Below are positions 27,905 through 39,001 of a stretch of DNA of 48,458 nucleotides, one piece after another (position 1 is the stretch's first letter; each line of letters starts with the position of its first letter). Source of the DNA: Acidobacteriota bacterium (GTDB taxonomy: Bacteria; Acidobacteriota; Blastocatellia; Chloracidobacteriales; JADJPF01); NCBI GenBank assembly GCA_040758525.1, contig JBFLVQ010000003.1, positions 1 through 48,458 of the forward strand, in the 5' to 3' direction. A program made the translations under genes and the position numbers. Under the pieces are notes generated by a model. It was not told the DNA's origin. It made no database searches and saw nothing but the letters and a program-made list of their open reading frames with translations.

Positions 27905-29560
27905 TTAACGACGGAAAAGCACTGGTAGAGAAAGCTGGCCACTCTGATTCTTAATAACCAGTGTATGAGTGCCTACACCGACTGCCTGTGTGATTGATAA
28001 ACCACTTGGCGTACTACGTGTAGAAGGAGTGATAAGCCATTTTGTGCCAGTGTTGTTAAGCCGCATAGAGAAAGATTCCTTGTTATCAACGATAAGTGTT
28101 GCTCCTGGCTCGATCCTTGCCCCAATAGCATCTAGGACAAATTTACCAACCGACTTCAAGCGGGGAAAGACAATGATTGGTTGTGGACCAAGTAATTCGA
28201 CATTGCTAAAACAGACACCACCTATACCACGAACACCATTATCAAAGAGTTCTCTCGCTGGTCCATCTGCGCGCAGATTAAAGTTCTCATCAGCCAAGAT
28301 TAGCAGATTAGAATCCTGTACATTGCCACGCGAGACCAAATTACGCGCAGTAGCTACACGAGTACCATCAAGTGAAACCGCCAATCCACCTAGGTCTGAA
28401 GAGAAGCCACTTAAGCTTGGCAATGGTGCAAATATCAACGGCGAGCTATCGGCCACTTGAGAGGCATTAATATCGCTGTAGATCGCAATATCATCGCCAG
28501 ATGCTAAGCCCAGTGCAGCGAGTGGCGCACTAACATAAAAATCTGTACCTACCTGCACAATATCGGTTGCTACGGCTGGTCTACGATCGCCACTGCGTAC
28601 ATCGGCAAAAATACCGCTATTGTTGGTTGAGAAATTCTCTGGCACCCCATTGCCATCAAAATCATAGTAGGAGTAGATTGCCCCGCCGGTTACACGCCCA
28701 GCGTTGTCATATTGACCTAGATTGAATAATAGTGAGGTCTCTACTCCAACAGCAAATCCACCTAACGAAGTAAAGCCGTTGCGTGTGGTTAAGAACTGAG
28801 AAATAGTGTCTATTTCACCGTTGCGGTTACGATCTAGATAAGCTGCCATGCTGGCAGTATCATCGGCAGTGTAAAAGAAACGATCTGGTCCTGGTTCGAT
28901 CCGTAGTAGATAAATAGCCTCACTACCATCATCAATTACTGCTGTCGCGATACCTATACCTAAACCTATGCTGGACCTGAAATCGCCGTAGGCAACAACG
29001 TCATCGGCGATATAATCCTTGTTGATATCATCGATCTGGATCAATTCTGCATTTTCGGTAATAGCAAAATAGCGACCGAAGAACAACTGACTGGCAACAA
29101 TCTTAGTAATACCATCGCCCTGCTCGACAACCTGATCAGCCATCACCGTCTCTTGGTCAGCCTGTCCGTTGTTATTGCTGTCGCGTAAAGCTATCACAGC
29201 ACCACCAGAGTTACCCTGTGATTGAAAGTCGGTAGTGATTACTACTTCGCGACCAGGTACGTCTTTAGGGACAGGTGGTAGTTGCGGCTGGATCGATTGT
29301 GCCAAGATCGATCCTGAGCGGCGTGATTCGATCAACTCTTCACGTATCTTTGGACCTATCAAAATTGGCTGGTCGAGTGAATGCATAGTAGGTTTGACAG
29401 CTACGGCCGATCCAGCCTTGAGTTTCTCCAAACCCATCTTCAGCCGTACTTTTTCGGAACGTTTATGTGGTTGGCTTGCCGCCTGGATCTTTCCAGGGGG
29501 CAATTGCAATCCTGCTACCACACACAAAAATCCTAGTATTAATAGTAATACGCGTTTCAT
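27905..29560 (-). CDS. Exported protein with repeated DxNxD/NG (Ca-binding-like) motifs
   Basis: Signal peptide; repeats DSNNNGQAD, DINKDYIAD, DRNRNGEID, DFDGNGVPE, DINASQVAD, DENFNLRAD. Confidence 0.75.
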   Translation of the reverse strand: MKRVLLLILGFLCVVAGLQLPPGKIQAASQPHKRSEKVRLKMGLEKLKAGSAVAVKPTMHSLDQPILIGPKIREELIESRRSGSILAQSIQPQLPPVPKDVPGREVVITTDFQSQGNSGGAVIALRDSNNNGQADQETVMADQVVEQGDGITKIVASQLFFGRYFAITENAELIQIDDINKDYIADDVVAYGDFRSSIGLGIGIATAVIDDGSEAIYLLRIEPGPDRFFYTADDTASMAAYLDRNRNGEIDTISQFLTTRNGFTSLGGFAVGVETSLLFNLGQYDNAGRVTGGAIYSYYDFDGNGVPENFSTNNSGIFADVRSGDRRPAVATDIVQVGTDFYVSAPLAALGLASGDDIAIYSDINASQVADSSPLIFAPLPSLSGFSSDLGGLAVSLDGTRVATARNLVSRGNVQDSNLLILADENFNLRADGPARELFDNGVRGIGGVCFSNVELLGPQPIIVFPRLKSVGKFVLDAIGARIEPGATLIVDNKESFSMRLNNTGTKWLITPSTRSTPSGLSITQAVGVGTHTLVIKNQSGQLSLPVLFRR

Positions 29561-29669
29561 TATAGCCCTCCGGAAGGCAAGATATTAAGTACGGACCTTG
29601 GATGCAACGACAAGAATAAACTTTGCCCAACCAACTACCTAACAAGAGAATGGAAATGGCCAGGTGAGC

Positions 29670-29698
29670 TTGACAGCGCTGTTGCTAGATCTTAGTAT
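29670..29698 (+). promoter_or_regulatory. Sigma70-like promoter for the larC-folE-metG cluster
   Basis: TTGACA-17bp-TAGTAT. Confidence 0.55.
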
Positions 29699-29814
29699 TC
29701 AAAGCTTTAAGTGTCTTCACAGGGTTATTAGAAAAGGACACAGAAGTAGGTCTAGTCTTCTGTGTCCTATCTAGTCTCTACACAAAGATGCCACCAAGGT
29801 AATTGAGGGATGCT

Positions 29815-31197
29815 ATGCGAACTCTCTATTTTGACTGTTTCTCCGGTGTCAGTGGTGATATGACGATTGGCGCGCTTATCGATCTAGGAGTCAGTTTCAC
29901 TACTCTGCAAGCAGAATTGGAAAAGTTACACCTACCTGGTTATCAACTCTCCATTGAGCGGGTAACCAGGGCTAACTTAGCCGGCACTAAATTCCATGTA
30001 ATGCTCAATGAATCGCAGCAAGCAGAGAAGCACCATCATCATAAAGAATCTCACGAGCATCATCACACACACGAACACGAGCATAATGAGCATCACCATA
30101 CGCATGAACATGAACATGCAGATCATAAACATCAACATCATCATGATGAACATCACCACGAGCATCACCACGAACATACAGAGCAGAGTGGGCACAGTCA
30201 TCGTACTCTCCCTGAGATCCGCAAGATCATAGATGCATCAGAGCTCTCTGCTTGGGTAAAGAGAAGTGCTAAGGAGATCTTCGAGCGTTTAGCAATTGCC
30301 GAAGGGAGCGTACATGGTATTGCCGCTGAAGCGGTTCACTTCCATGAAGTAGGCGCAATTGATGCGATTGTTGATATTGTAGGTGCTTGTATAGGCTTTG
30401 AACTCTTAGGTGTGGAGCGATTTATCTGCTCTCCACTACATGTTGGACGGGGATTTGTTAAATGCGCACATGGCTTATTTCCTATACCTGCACCGGGCAC
30501 TCTGGCACTATTGAAAGGCGCACCCATCTATTCAACAGATTTAGAAGGCGAGCTGGTTACTCCAACAGGAGCTGCCATTGTCTCTACGCTCTGTCATGAT
30601 TTCCGCGCGCTACCCAATATGCGGATAGAGCGTATAGGCTATGGAGCTGGCACACGTGATTTTGCCCAGTCCCCTAACATGTTGCGGCTCTGTTATGGCG
30701 AGATGGAGGTCGCAGATACACACATTGAGATGATCAGTGTGATCGAGGCTAATATCGATGATATGAATCCACAGATTTATGGCTACTTGATGGATCGTAT
30801 ATTAGCAGCCGGGGCATTAGATGTCTTTTATACGCCAATTCAGATGAAGAAGAACCGGCCTGGTACATTGCTTACATTGCTTGTCCCTAATAACCGTCTA
30901 GAAGACTTGATTGCCTTGCTCTTTCGTGAGACGACTACATTGGGGCTACGCTACTATGAAACTAAGCGGCGTGTGCTTGATCGCCAGACTTTTACTGTTT
31001 ATACGTCTTATGGAGAGATCCGTATTAAGATTGCGCTTGCTGGTCGAGAGATTGTTAATGCAATGCCTGAATACGAAGACTGTGTACGTGCGGCACAACA
31101 GTCTGGTGTGCCGCTTGCGGTTGTACAAGCAGCCGCAACACGCCTGTTTGAGGAACAACGTGAAGCATTTTATCGCACGATAAAGGAGGGTCAATGA
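29815..31197 (+). CDS. larC: Nickel pincer cofactor biosynthesis protein LarC
   Basis: [10 protein letters not shown], His-rich insert, [43 protein letters not shown]. Confidence 0.93.
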   Translation: MRTLYFDCFSGVSGDMTIGALIDLGVSFTTLQAELEKLHLPGYQLSIERVTRANLAGTKFHVMLNESQQAEKHHHHKESHEHHHTHEHEHNEHHHTHEHEHADHKHQHHHDEHHHEHHHEHTEQSGHSHRTLPEIRKIIDASELSAWVKRSAKEIFERLAIAEGSVHGIAAEAVHFHEVGAIDAIVDIVGACIGFELLGVERFICSPLHVGRGFVKCAHGLFPIPAPGTLALLKGAPIYSTDLEGELVTPTGAAIVSTLCHDFRALPNMRIERIGYGAGTRDFAQSPNMLRLCYGEMEVADTHIEMISVIEANIDDMNPQIYGYLMDRILAAGALDVFYTPIQMKKNRPGTLLTLLVPNNRLEDLIALLFRETTTLGLRYYETKRRVLDRQTFTVYTSYGEIRIKIALAGREIVNAMPEYEDCVRAAQQSGVPLAVVQAAATRLFEEQREAFYRTIKEGQ

Positions 31198-31862
31198 AGG
31201 ATAAATGCGCGCTTCAGGAAATGGATTCGCTAGAGGCTTATAGCGAATCCATCTGTGTTGCAGAAACGGAGTCTATCGCTACTAATATGGAAACTAGTGG
31301 GTTTGATCTGGCCAAGATTGAGGCAGGTGTGCGACTTATCCTAGAAGGTCTAGGCGAAGATACCAACCGCCCAGGTATTGTTGCTACTCCAGGGCGTGTT
31401 GCACGTATGTATGCCGAGATCTGCGCCGGTCTACAACGTGATCCACAACAGTATATCAAGCTTGTGCCAGCAGAAACTCATGACGAGATGGTGATTGTAA
31501 AAGATATCACGATCTTCAGCCTATGCGAGCATCACCTGATACCCTTCTATGGACAAGCACATATTGCCTACATCCCCAATCAGGGACAGATTATTGGCCT
31601 CTCCAAATTGGCGCGTATTGCTGATAGTCTTGCCAAGCGACCACAACTGCAGGAGCGCCTCACTACTCAGATTGCAGAACTGCTCTACGATGGGCTAAAA
31701 GCCAAAGGTGTAATGGTAGTTATAGAGTGCGAGCACTTATGCATGGCGATGCGTGGTATACGTAAACCAGGCGCTAAGACTCTTACTTCAGCCGTACGTG
31801 GTATCTTTCAACGCGATCAACGTACTCGCGCCGAAGCAATGGCACTAATCAATAAACAATAA
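31194..31862 (+). CDS. folE: GTP cyclohydrolase I
   Basis: [36 protein letters not shown]. Confidence 0.96.
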   Translation: MKDKCALQEMDSLEAYSESICVAETESIATNMETSGFDLAKIEAGVRLILEGLGEDTNRPGIVATPGRVARMYAEICAGLQRDPQQYIKLVPAETHDEMVIVKDITIFSLCEHHLIPFYGQAHIAYIPNQGQIIGLSKLARIADSLAKRPQLQERLTTQIAELLYDGLKAKGVMVVIECEHLCMAMRGIRKPGAKTLTSAVRGIFQRDQRTRAEAMALINKQ

Positions 31863-31870
31863 ACTCAAGT

Positions 31871-33889
31871 GTGAATCAACAAAAAATGAAAAAGTTCTAT
31901 TTGACCACGCCAATCTACTACGTCAATTCTAAGCCTCATCTAGGCCATTACTACACAACCATGATCGCTGATATGATCACACGCTATAAGCGTCAACGTG
32001 GCTACGATGTACTGCTACAGACTGGTACAGATGAACATGGCCAGAGCATTGAACGCGCCGCGGCAAAGAATCAGCGCCCCTTGCAAGAACACGTTGATAT
32101 GATTGTTGCTGAATTTAAACAGATGTGTGTTGACTTTGGTCTTGAATATAGCTACTGGATACGCACTACTGATGATTACCATAAGCAGGGTGTGCAACAG
32201 TTCTGGCGCAAGGCACGCGATGCTGGCTACATCTATAAATCTCATTATGAGGGCTGGTATTGTGTCGGCTGTGGAGAATTTAAAGAAGAGACTGAAGTTG
32301 GTAAAGCGCCTTTCTGCGATCTGCATGGTACAGCAACGGAACGTATCTCTGAGGAGAGCTACTTTTTCAAGCTTTCTGCCTTTCAGGATCGCTTGCTTAA
32401 GCTCTACACCGATCATCCTGAATTCATACAGCCAGAAGCGCGTCGTAATGAGATGATCAGTTTTGTTAGTAGCGGCTTGAAAGATCTTTCTGTTAGCCGT
32501 GTTTCAGTAAAATGGGGAATCCCTGTACCAGACGATCCTGGCCATACAATGTATGTCTGGTTTGATGCGCTCTCCAACTACATTACTGGGGTTGGCTATG
32601 GCAATAGTGTACGTAGCGAGTTTGAAAAGTATTGGCCTGCGGATCTACATCTGGTTGGCAAAGACATTGTGCGTTTTCACACCGTCTACTGGCCAGCCTT
32701 TCTAATGGCAGCAGGAGTAGAACTACCACGTACCGTTTATGCGCATGGCTTCTGGCTCTCAGCAGGTCGTAAGATGAGCAAGACACTTGGTAATACTGTC
32801 GATCTTAGTATCCTGCTAAAATATTTTACCCGCGATCAAGTACGATACTTCTGCTCGCGCGAGATGGTCTTTGGTCAAGATGGCGACTTCACCTATCCAG
32901 CATTGATAGATCGCATCAACAGTGATCTTGCTAAGGGATTAGGCAATCTTGTTAGTCGCACATTAAAGATGGTTGAGAAGTATTGCGGTAATGAAATACC
33001 AGCGCGACCGGTAGTCTTTACTGCGCATGGCGTAGCAGAGGGCTGGCAGCGCGCCGCTTGGGATGTACGTCAAACCGTTACCGACTGTCGAGCACGTTTC
33101 GAAACAGAATTTGCTAACTACAACTTTAGTCGTGGCCTGGAAGCAATCTGGGAGATCATTGCTTGTGTAGATAAATACATTTCCGATAGTGCGCCCTGGC
33201 AACTTGCTAAGGAGAATGCTAATCGTGAGCAACTGGAAACTGTCCTCTACACTGCACTAGAAGCAATACGTTTTATCAGTGCGCTGATCGCGCCGGTGAT
33301 GCCAGAAGCGGCTGCCACGATCTGGTCACAAATGCAGTTGCCAGGCAGTCCTGCGACCAGCAATCCAGAGACATTGCAATGGGGCGAGCTACCCTCAAGC
33401 GCACATATATCCGAGTTCAAAGCGCTATTTCCCGGTCTGGATAAGGAGGCCATTATGTCAGAAATTGAGAAAGAGCAGGCCAGCAATATAACGGCAGAAA
33501 GTTCATCTAGCGAAACCTCGACAACTGCCGAGGCAACCGCAGTGCCTGCGCTTAAACCAGTTATTACCATTGATGATTTTGCTAAAGTTGATCTACGTGT
33601 TGCCCAAGTATTAGAAGCCGAACGCGTGCCAAAATCTGATAAGTTGCTGCGCTTGATAGTAGATGTAGGTGAAGAGAAACCACGTCAGATTCTTGCTGGT
33701 ATTGCCCAATACTATACGCCAGAGTCTATGGTGGGACGTAAGATCATTGTGGTTGCCAACCTTGCCCCACGCAAGTTGCGTGGTATGGAATCACAAGGAA
33801 TGCTGCTAGCCGCCTCGATAGGAGAAGAGGGTAAGCCTATCGTAGCCGGTTTTCTCGAAGATGTGCCAAATGGCGCACGTTTGAAATAA
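31871..33889 (+). CDS. metG: Methionine--tRNA ligase with C-terminal tRNA-binding domain
   Basis: TTPIYYVN..PHLGH, YVWFDAL, GKDI, KMSKT, C-terminal OB domain (ANLAPRKLRG.ESQGM); start may be ATG 31886. Confidence 0.97.
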   Translation: MNQQKMKKFYLTTPIYYVNSKPHLGHYYTTMIADMITRYKRQRGYDVLLQTGTDEHGQSIERAAAKNQRPLQEHVDMIVAEFKQMCVDFGLEYSYWIRTTDDYHKQGVQQFWRKARDAGYIYKSHYEGWYCVGCGEFKEETEVGKAPFCDLHGTATERISEESYFFKLSAFQDRLLKLYTDHPEFIQPEARRNEMISFVSSGLKDLSVSRVSVKWGIPVPDDPGHTMYVWFDALSNYITGVGYGNSVRSEFEKYWPADLHLVGKDIVRFHTVYWPAFLMAAGVELPRTVYAHGFWLSAGRKMSKTLGNTVDLSILLKYFTRDQVRYFCSREMVFGQDGDFTYPALIDRINSDLAKGLGNLVSRTLKMVEKYCGNEIPARPVVFTAHGVAEGWQRAAWDVRQTVTDCRARFETEFANYNFSRGLEAIWEIIACVDKYISDSAPWQLAKENANREQLETVLYTALEAIRFISALIAPVMPEAAATIWSQMQLPGSPATSNPETLQWGELPSSAHISEFKALFPGLDKEAIMSEIEKEQASNITAESSSSETSTTAEATAVPALKPVITIDDFAKVDLRVAQVLEAERVPKSDKLLRLIVDVGEEKPRQILAGIAQYYTPESMVGRKIIVVANLAPRKLRGMESQGMLLAASIGEEGKPIVAGFLEDVPNGARLK

Positions 33890-33907
33890 CTACACCGGAC
33901 AGAGAAG

Positions 33908-34696
33908 ATGTTCATCGACTCGCATGCTCATATAGACTTCACGGGCTATGACGAGGATCGTGATGAGGTGATCGCACGTGCGCGTACAGCCGGTGTAGAT
34001 ATTATTGTAGATATTGGCAATGGCGATCTGCTCACTGGTTCGCATGAGAAGGCGCAAGCGCTTGCTGATCGCTATCCATTCATCTATACCACGGTTGGTG
34101 TTCACCCTCATGACGCTAAGCTACTTGATGATACATTAGTAGCGCGTCTGCTCGGGTTTGCTCAACATCCCAAGGTAATTGCTTGGGGAGAAATAGGTCT
34201 CGACTATTACTATGATAACTCACCACGTGAAATACAAAGGAAAGCCTTTCAGCGCCAATTGGAATTAGCGTGTACATGTCGCTTGCCGGTTATCATTCAT
34301 ACACGTGATGCAGAAGAGGATACTCTGCAGATACTGCGTGAACATTGGGCAGATACTGGACTGGGAGGAATCTTGCATTGCTACACAGGCAGCTATCAAC
34401 TGGCTCTCGCTGGTCTAGCAATGGGCTTTCTCGTCTCCTTCTCAGGTGTACTCACTTTTAAGAAATCAAGTGCATTACGCGAAGTTGCTAGACGTCTGCC
34501 GCTAGATTGTTTGCTTATTGAGACCGATTGTCCTTATCTTTCTCCAGAGCCTTTCCGTGGTAAGCGTAACGAACCCGCACAGGTACGTGAAGTTGCGCGC
34601 CAGTTAGCTGAATTGCATAATTTAAGTATTGAAGCGGTAGCTCAAGTAACCAGTGACAACTTTCGCCGCTTCTTTAACCTACCAGCATTATCTTAG
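33908..34696 (+). CDS. tatD: TatD family hydrolase
   Basis: DSHAH, GVHPH, GEIGLDY, IHTRDA, LHCY, ETDCPYL. Confidence 0.93.
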   Translation: MFIDSHAHIDFTGYDEDRDEVIARARTAGVDIIVDIGNGDLLTGSHEKAQALADRYPFIYTTVGVHPHDAKLLDDTLVARLLGFAQHPKVIAWGEIGLDYYYDNSPREIQRKAFQRQLELACTCRLPVIIHTRDAEEDTLQILREHWADTGLGGILHCYTGSYQLALAGLAMGFLVSFSGVLTFKKSSALREVARRLPLDCLLIETDCPYLSPEPFRGKRNEPAQVREVARQLAELHNLSIEAVAQVTSDNFRRFFNLPALS

Positions 34697-34709
34697 AGGT
34701 CTTCTAAAC

Positions 34710-35213
34710 ATGGCTCAGCAGAACAGTTTTGATATTATTTCGAAGATCGATCTTGCCGAAGTGACCAATGCCATTCATCAGACGATGAAAGAGGTAAAGC
34801 AGCGTTTTGACTTTAAAGGTAGCAAGAGCGACGTTACTCTTGATGAAAAAGAGCAAGAGATTGTCCTACTCTCTGACGATGACTTTAAGTTACGTAGTCT
34901 TAATGATGTATTACAACAGAAGCTGATCAAGCGTAATGTACCACTAAAAGGGCTTGTCTATGGTAAGGCGGAGCCCGCTGCAGGTAATACTGTACGCCAG
35001 CGTATCAGCCTACAACAGGGCATACCGATCGAAAAGGCCCGTGAGATTGTCAAGACTATTAAGGATTCTAAACTGAAAGTCCAGGCTGCTATTAATGGTG
35101 ATTATGTGCGAGTCTCTGGCCGTGATCGAGATATCTTACAGGAAGTGATAAGGCTGCTACGTGAGCAGGATTTTGGTATACATATGGAATTTACCAACTA
35201 CCGCTCACTCTGA
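34710..35213 (+). CDS. yajQ: YajQ family nucleotide/c-di-GMP-binding protein
   Basis: SFDIISKID, RFDFKGS, KVQAAINGD.VRVSG..RD.LQ, F.NYR. Confidence 0.93.
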   Translation: MAQQNSFDIISKIDLAEVTNAIHQTMKEVKQRFDFKGSKSDVTLDEKEQEIVLLSDDDFKLRSLNDVLQQKLIKRNVPLKGLVYGKAEPAAGNTVRQRISLQQGIPIEKAREIVKTIKDSKLKVQAAINGDYVRVSGRDRDILQEVIRLLREQDFGIHMEFTNYRSL

Positions 35214-35234
35214 TTATGATTGTATTGGCAGGGA

Positions 35235-35267
35235 AGGGAGAACAGCCCTCCGAGAGCTATTCTCCCT
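35235..35267. terminator. Probable terminator hairpin between convergent genes
   Basis: AGGGAGAACAGC / GCTATTCTCCCT imperfect inverted repeat. Confidence 0.55.
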
Positions 35268-35283
35268 AAATGATCAACTATTT

Positions 35284-37263
35284 CTAACGCTTTATTCTCA
35301 CTTCATTCGACTCACAATTGAGACCAGTCTCTACTACACTGATCCTGAATGCGCCTTTCTTGGGAATAAGGCCCTTCAGTTTGCCAAAGAAAGCAGGCTC
35401 ACCAGAAGCATTAAATTTCACAGGCAGATTGGACATTTGACCATTAATCTTAAGAACAAGATTAAGGCCTAGATCAGCGCCTCTAACAATAATGGCATTC
35501 ACTTTCTTCTTATTGTTGGTAACCGTACCAATACGCGCATTCTTAAGCATAGGACCACCAAAGAGTAGCGCGCTTGGCAATGTTGAGCTGGCCGCAGGAT
35601 TGGTAACAACCACATCCGCAACCACACCCGTAGTACCCGGCCCACGTACAGCAGCCTGAATCGTATTATCATCCATGACCTGGAAGCCAAGCACCATTCC
35701 ATTGTTCATACTTACTGATGTCGTACCCAGAAAACCACTTCCAGTGATCGTAATAGTATCATCCTTGTTATAACAGAGACGTGCAGGTGAGACATTTAGC
35801 ACACGTGGCGCAACCGCACCGATGGTGACAGTAAAGTTCTGGTCAGCACGGAAGTTGGCGCTATCGGTCACGGTGACAGTAAAAGTAGCAGTTTCAATTT
35901 GGGTAGCCTTGCCCGTCAAAACCCCATCCTGGCTTAGCATAAAACCATCCGGCAGATCTCCCTGAGTAACCTCAAAAGTGTAAGGGGGAAAACCATCAAC
36001 AGCAAAGAACTGTTGTTCGAAAGGGAGATTAATAATTGGTGTACGTAGCGCAGTATTAAAGCGCACAACACGAAAGAAGGGATAGAGCGCATTGATACCG
36101 GCAAGATCATCGGTGTTAAGACGCGCGCCACGACCATCTAAGTGTGGGATACCAAACATAATCGCTTCACGTAGCAATGGATTGGTTTCATTAGCATCTG
36201 TGGAGCTGAAATCAAGACCAAAGCCAAGACCTATCGATGTCGTGATCAATTCTTCAAGGTTGGTAGAGACTCCCAATAGACTATCAAATCCATTGTTGAA
36301 GACAATATCGGCTTCCATAATTTGAGTGAATCTCTTGCCACTAACAAGACGGAAATCATCTCCTGTAACGACCATCACACCTACCAACGTACCACCTTGA
36401 CCATCAACTGGATCATCAACCTCCTTATTGCAATCGCCAAATGAGATCACAGATTGACCATCCATTGCGAAACCACAACGACTGGTCGCACCACCATTGG
36501 CCAAGCGTAGCCGTGAACCTGCACCATTCCAGGCTTTTATGGCATTGTTGGTCTCTTGCATACCACCGCCGCTAAGGGGAGCAAGAGCTGAGTTGAGAAA
36601 GAAACGTACCATTTGATCATTGTCAGGTTCAAAGAAACGTGAATCACTCAAACTGAAATTATCCTGTAACTGACCACTACCTGCTAAATAGCCAGGTGGC
36701 ACAGACAGGATCTCAGTACCATAAAGATTATCAAAATCGCGTATACGGACTGCTTGTGTAACCAGTAACTGCTTAATTTGTCTAATATACTCGCCAGCAT
36801 CTTGGTAGCGTTGCTGGTGCTTGTGTGCAAAGGCACGCCGCCCAGTAGCTGGATCGATACTTAGCGAGAATTTTCCCATCGCCTGGTGTGCTGTGTGCAA
36901 TGCACCTTCTGCATTAGTGTTAAGAAATAGCAACACATCCTCGCCAATAGTGAACTCAGGCGAACCTAGCAACCAGGTGTGACGATCACCGACACGGCCA
37001 CCCAACTGTTCCAGTACGATTGTAGTAGTGGTGATATTACCTTTGAGTAGTTCTGCTATTTCGATTGTGATATAGGTGTAAATGTTGTTCCGATTGGCAT
37101 CCCAGCGGCTCTCTATACCGGTCACTCGACCGGTAACAATGGCGCGAACGCTGGCGACAAGATTCTCGTCACTGATAGGGCGTATGTTTGCCGCCCAGGT
37201 CGGCGCACCATAAAGAAAGCCTACCGTGACAAGCGCCAACAAGATTTGTATCACTCTCTTCAT
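35284..37263 (-). CDS. Exported multidomain protein: degenerate matrixin-like domain plus putative Ig and IPT/TIG domains
   Basis: Signal peptide; EADIVFN...AIM...L..DD.AG...LY metzincin framework; PPYTF.V..G.LP.G..L..DGVLTG (putative Ig); ITITGSGF...VVVTNP (TIG). Confidence 0.75.
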   Translation of the reverse strand: MKRVIQILLALVTVGFLYGAPTWAANIRPISDENLVASVRAIVTGRVTGIESRWDANRNNIYTYITIEIAELLKGNITTTTIVLEQLGGRVGDRHTWLLGSPEFTIGEDVLLFLNTNAEGALHTAHQAMGKFSLSIDPATGRRAFAHKHQQRYQDAGEYIRQIKQLLVTQAVRIRDFDNLYGTEILSVPPGYLAGSGQLQDNFSLSDSRFFEPDNDQMVRFFLNSALAPLSGGGMQETNNAIKAWNGAGSRLRLANGGATSRCGFAMDGQSVISFGDCNKEVDDPVDGQGGTLVGVMVVTGDDFRLVSGKRFTQIMEADIVFNNGFDSLLGVSTNLEELITTSIGLGFGLDFSSTDANETNPLLREAIMFGIPHLDGRGARLNTDDLAGINALYPFFRVVRFNTALRTPIINLPFEQQFFAVDGFPPYTFEVTQGDLPDGFMLSQDGVLTGKATQIETATFTVTVTDSANFRADQNFTVTIGAVAPRVLNVSPARLCYNKDDTITITGSGFLGTTSVSMNNGMVLGFQVMDDNTIQAAVRGPGTTGVVADVVVTNPAASSTLPSALLFGGPMLKNARIGTVTNNKKKVNAIIVRGADLGLNLVLKINGQMSNLPVKFNASGEPAFFGKLKGLIPKKGAFRISVVETGLNCESNEVRIKR

Positions 37264-37672
37264 CTTTTGCCTCCATTAGCCAGAGATTTTCAGACCCTGC
37301 GATTGGCATATTCTTGGCAAGGTGGTGATTGATGGTACACGGCGACATGTCCGTATGGACCATTAGACACAACTGCAAAAGAGCCACGGACCGAAAGCCG
37401 GGTATCAACCGCCAAAATTGCGATCTCCGATTTTTCCATCTTTAGTTAGTTATGCTGGTTCTGATTCAAACGCGGTGCCCCGGAAAGTTCCCCAAAAACG
37501 CGAAGCGATACCGCTATCGTTCCTCTATTCTACACTTACTCGCGGTTTTGTAACACTACAAAATGGTTTGGAGGGAAAAAACCGGGGCACTGTGGCAGTG
37601 CCCCCGGAGGAATAGGTGTCTGCTGATAGGAAACGAGGAAATTTGACTAACTTACTACCTAAACGAAACTCT

Positions 37673-38776
37673 TTAATTGGCCAGTATGTAACCAGGGGTT
37701 TCGGCCACTTCCCATTCCAATGTCTCTTCGCGCAGTTGATAGCGCGACAGTAATGTTTCGTTGCCAATTAGGTGTCCAGCCCCTACCACAACGGCTTCCA
37801 AGGGGCGCTCGGCAACCTGTACAGGCAACTCTAACTCACGGCTCATACGTGGGGCTAAGCCACACAAGAGCGCGCCACCCCCGGTAAGCGTAATACCACT
37901 ACAGTAGATATCCACAGCAACATTGGGAGCAGCCTGCTCAATAGCAGCACGTACCCCATTAACAATGGCCTGTACCGACCTATCTAGGGCTTGCACAACT
38001 TCACCAGCATTAAGTGTAATCTCTTTAACAACAAACTCTGGGAAAGATTTGCCAACCACTACCATAGTGCGCTCATCGCTATACTCCTGTGCGGCACCCA
38101 GTTGTATTTTTACTGCCTCGGCAGTCTGTTCACCAATCAATAATCGATATTTGCGAAGTATCACTTCACTTACCGCTTGATTCATCTCATTGCCAGCAAC
38201 GCGTAGTGAAGTGGTATGAATCACTCCTGAAGAGGAAGCAATGGTGACATTCGTAGTACCCCCACCTATATCGACGACCATACGAGCTTCCTTAGTGTCT
38301 TGGATCACACCTGAGCCTAGTGCGGCAGCCAAGCCTTCTTCGACTAACGAGATCCATTGTGCACCAATGCCACGTGCTGCAGCTTTTAGAGCACGCCTTT
38401 CTACACCAGTGGCTAGGCTGGGAGTACCAGCGACAGCCTGCAGCAATCTGCCACGCCTGTGCACACCCACACGCCGCAAGAACTCATGTAACATCTTCTC
38501 TGCCATCTCATAATTGGCGATCGTACCCTCACGCATAGGCCGGTGCACAACTGTATCAAGAGGCTCGCGGCCAAGTAATGCGATTGCCTCACGACCTACT
38601 GCCATCACCTGATTGTTATACTTATTAACAGCAATGGCAGAAGGCTCGTTTAGTACAATACCTTGCTTGGGCGTGTAGACGAGCGTGTTGACGGTACCCA
38701 GATCGATGGCTACGCCGTCTACAAAGAGGCGTTTCAATTGCTTAACGAACTGGCGTTTAACACGTTCACGCAACAT
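37673..38776 (-). CDS. MreB/Mbl-family actin-like ATPase (divergent)
   Basis: AIDLGTVNT, NEPSAIA, VDIGGGTT, GEQTAEAVK, LTGGGALL; ATG 38776 with RBS GGAGG. Confidence 0.88.
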   Translation of the reverse strand: MLRERVKRQFVKQLKRLFVDGVAIDLGTVNTLVYTPKQGIVLNEPSAIAVNKYNNQVMAVGREAIALLGREPLDTVVHRPMREGTIANYEMAEKMLHEFLRRVGVHRRGRLLQAVAGTPSLATGVERRALKAAARGIGAQWISLVEEGLAAALGSGVIQDTKEARMVVDIGGGTTNVTIASSSGVIHTTSLRVAGNEMNQAVSEVILRKYRLLIGEQTAEAVKIQLGAAQEYSDERTMVVVGKSFPEFVVKEITLNAGEVVQALDRSVQAIVNGVRAAIEQAAPNVAVDIYCSGITLTGGGALLCGLAPRMSRELELPVQVAERPLEAVVVGAGHLIGNETLLSRYQLREETLEWEVAETPGYILAN

Positions 38777-39001
38777 CTCTCTCCTCCTCCCAATTGAGAT
38801 GCGATAGTTGTTTGACAATGGTCAAACAACAGATCGCAACAGCTCTTACGGTTCGCTAAGAAGATGTGTTGAAATAGATAAAGGTTGCTATTTTTCACCT
38901 CAGATTAACCCCAGAGAGTCACCCCTTCTGTCGCCTCGGTATTGTCTTTCTCACAACACTTGAAAGGCTCTCAAGCGGTGTGCTAGCATAGGCTTCTTTC
39001 C

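Noticed and set aside
29977-30232. Met/Val-rich and Ile/Thr-rich ORFs and an apparent tandem repeat
   Set aside because: These are alternative-frame shadows of the LarC His-rich tract.
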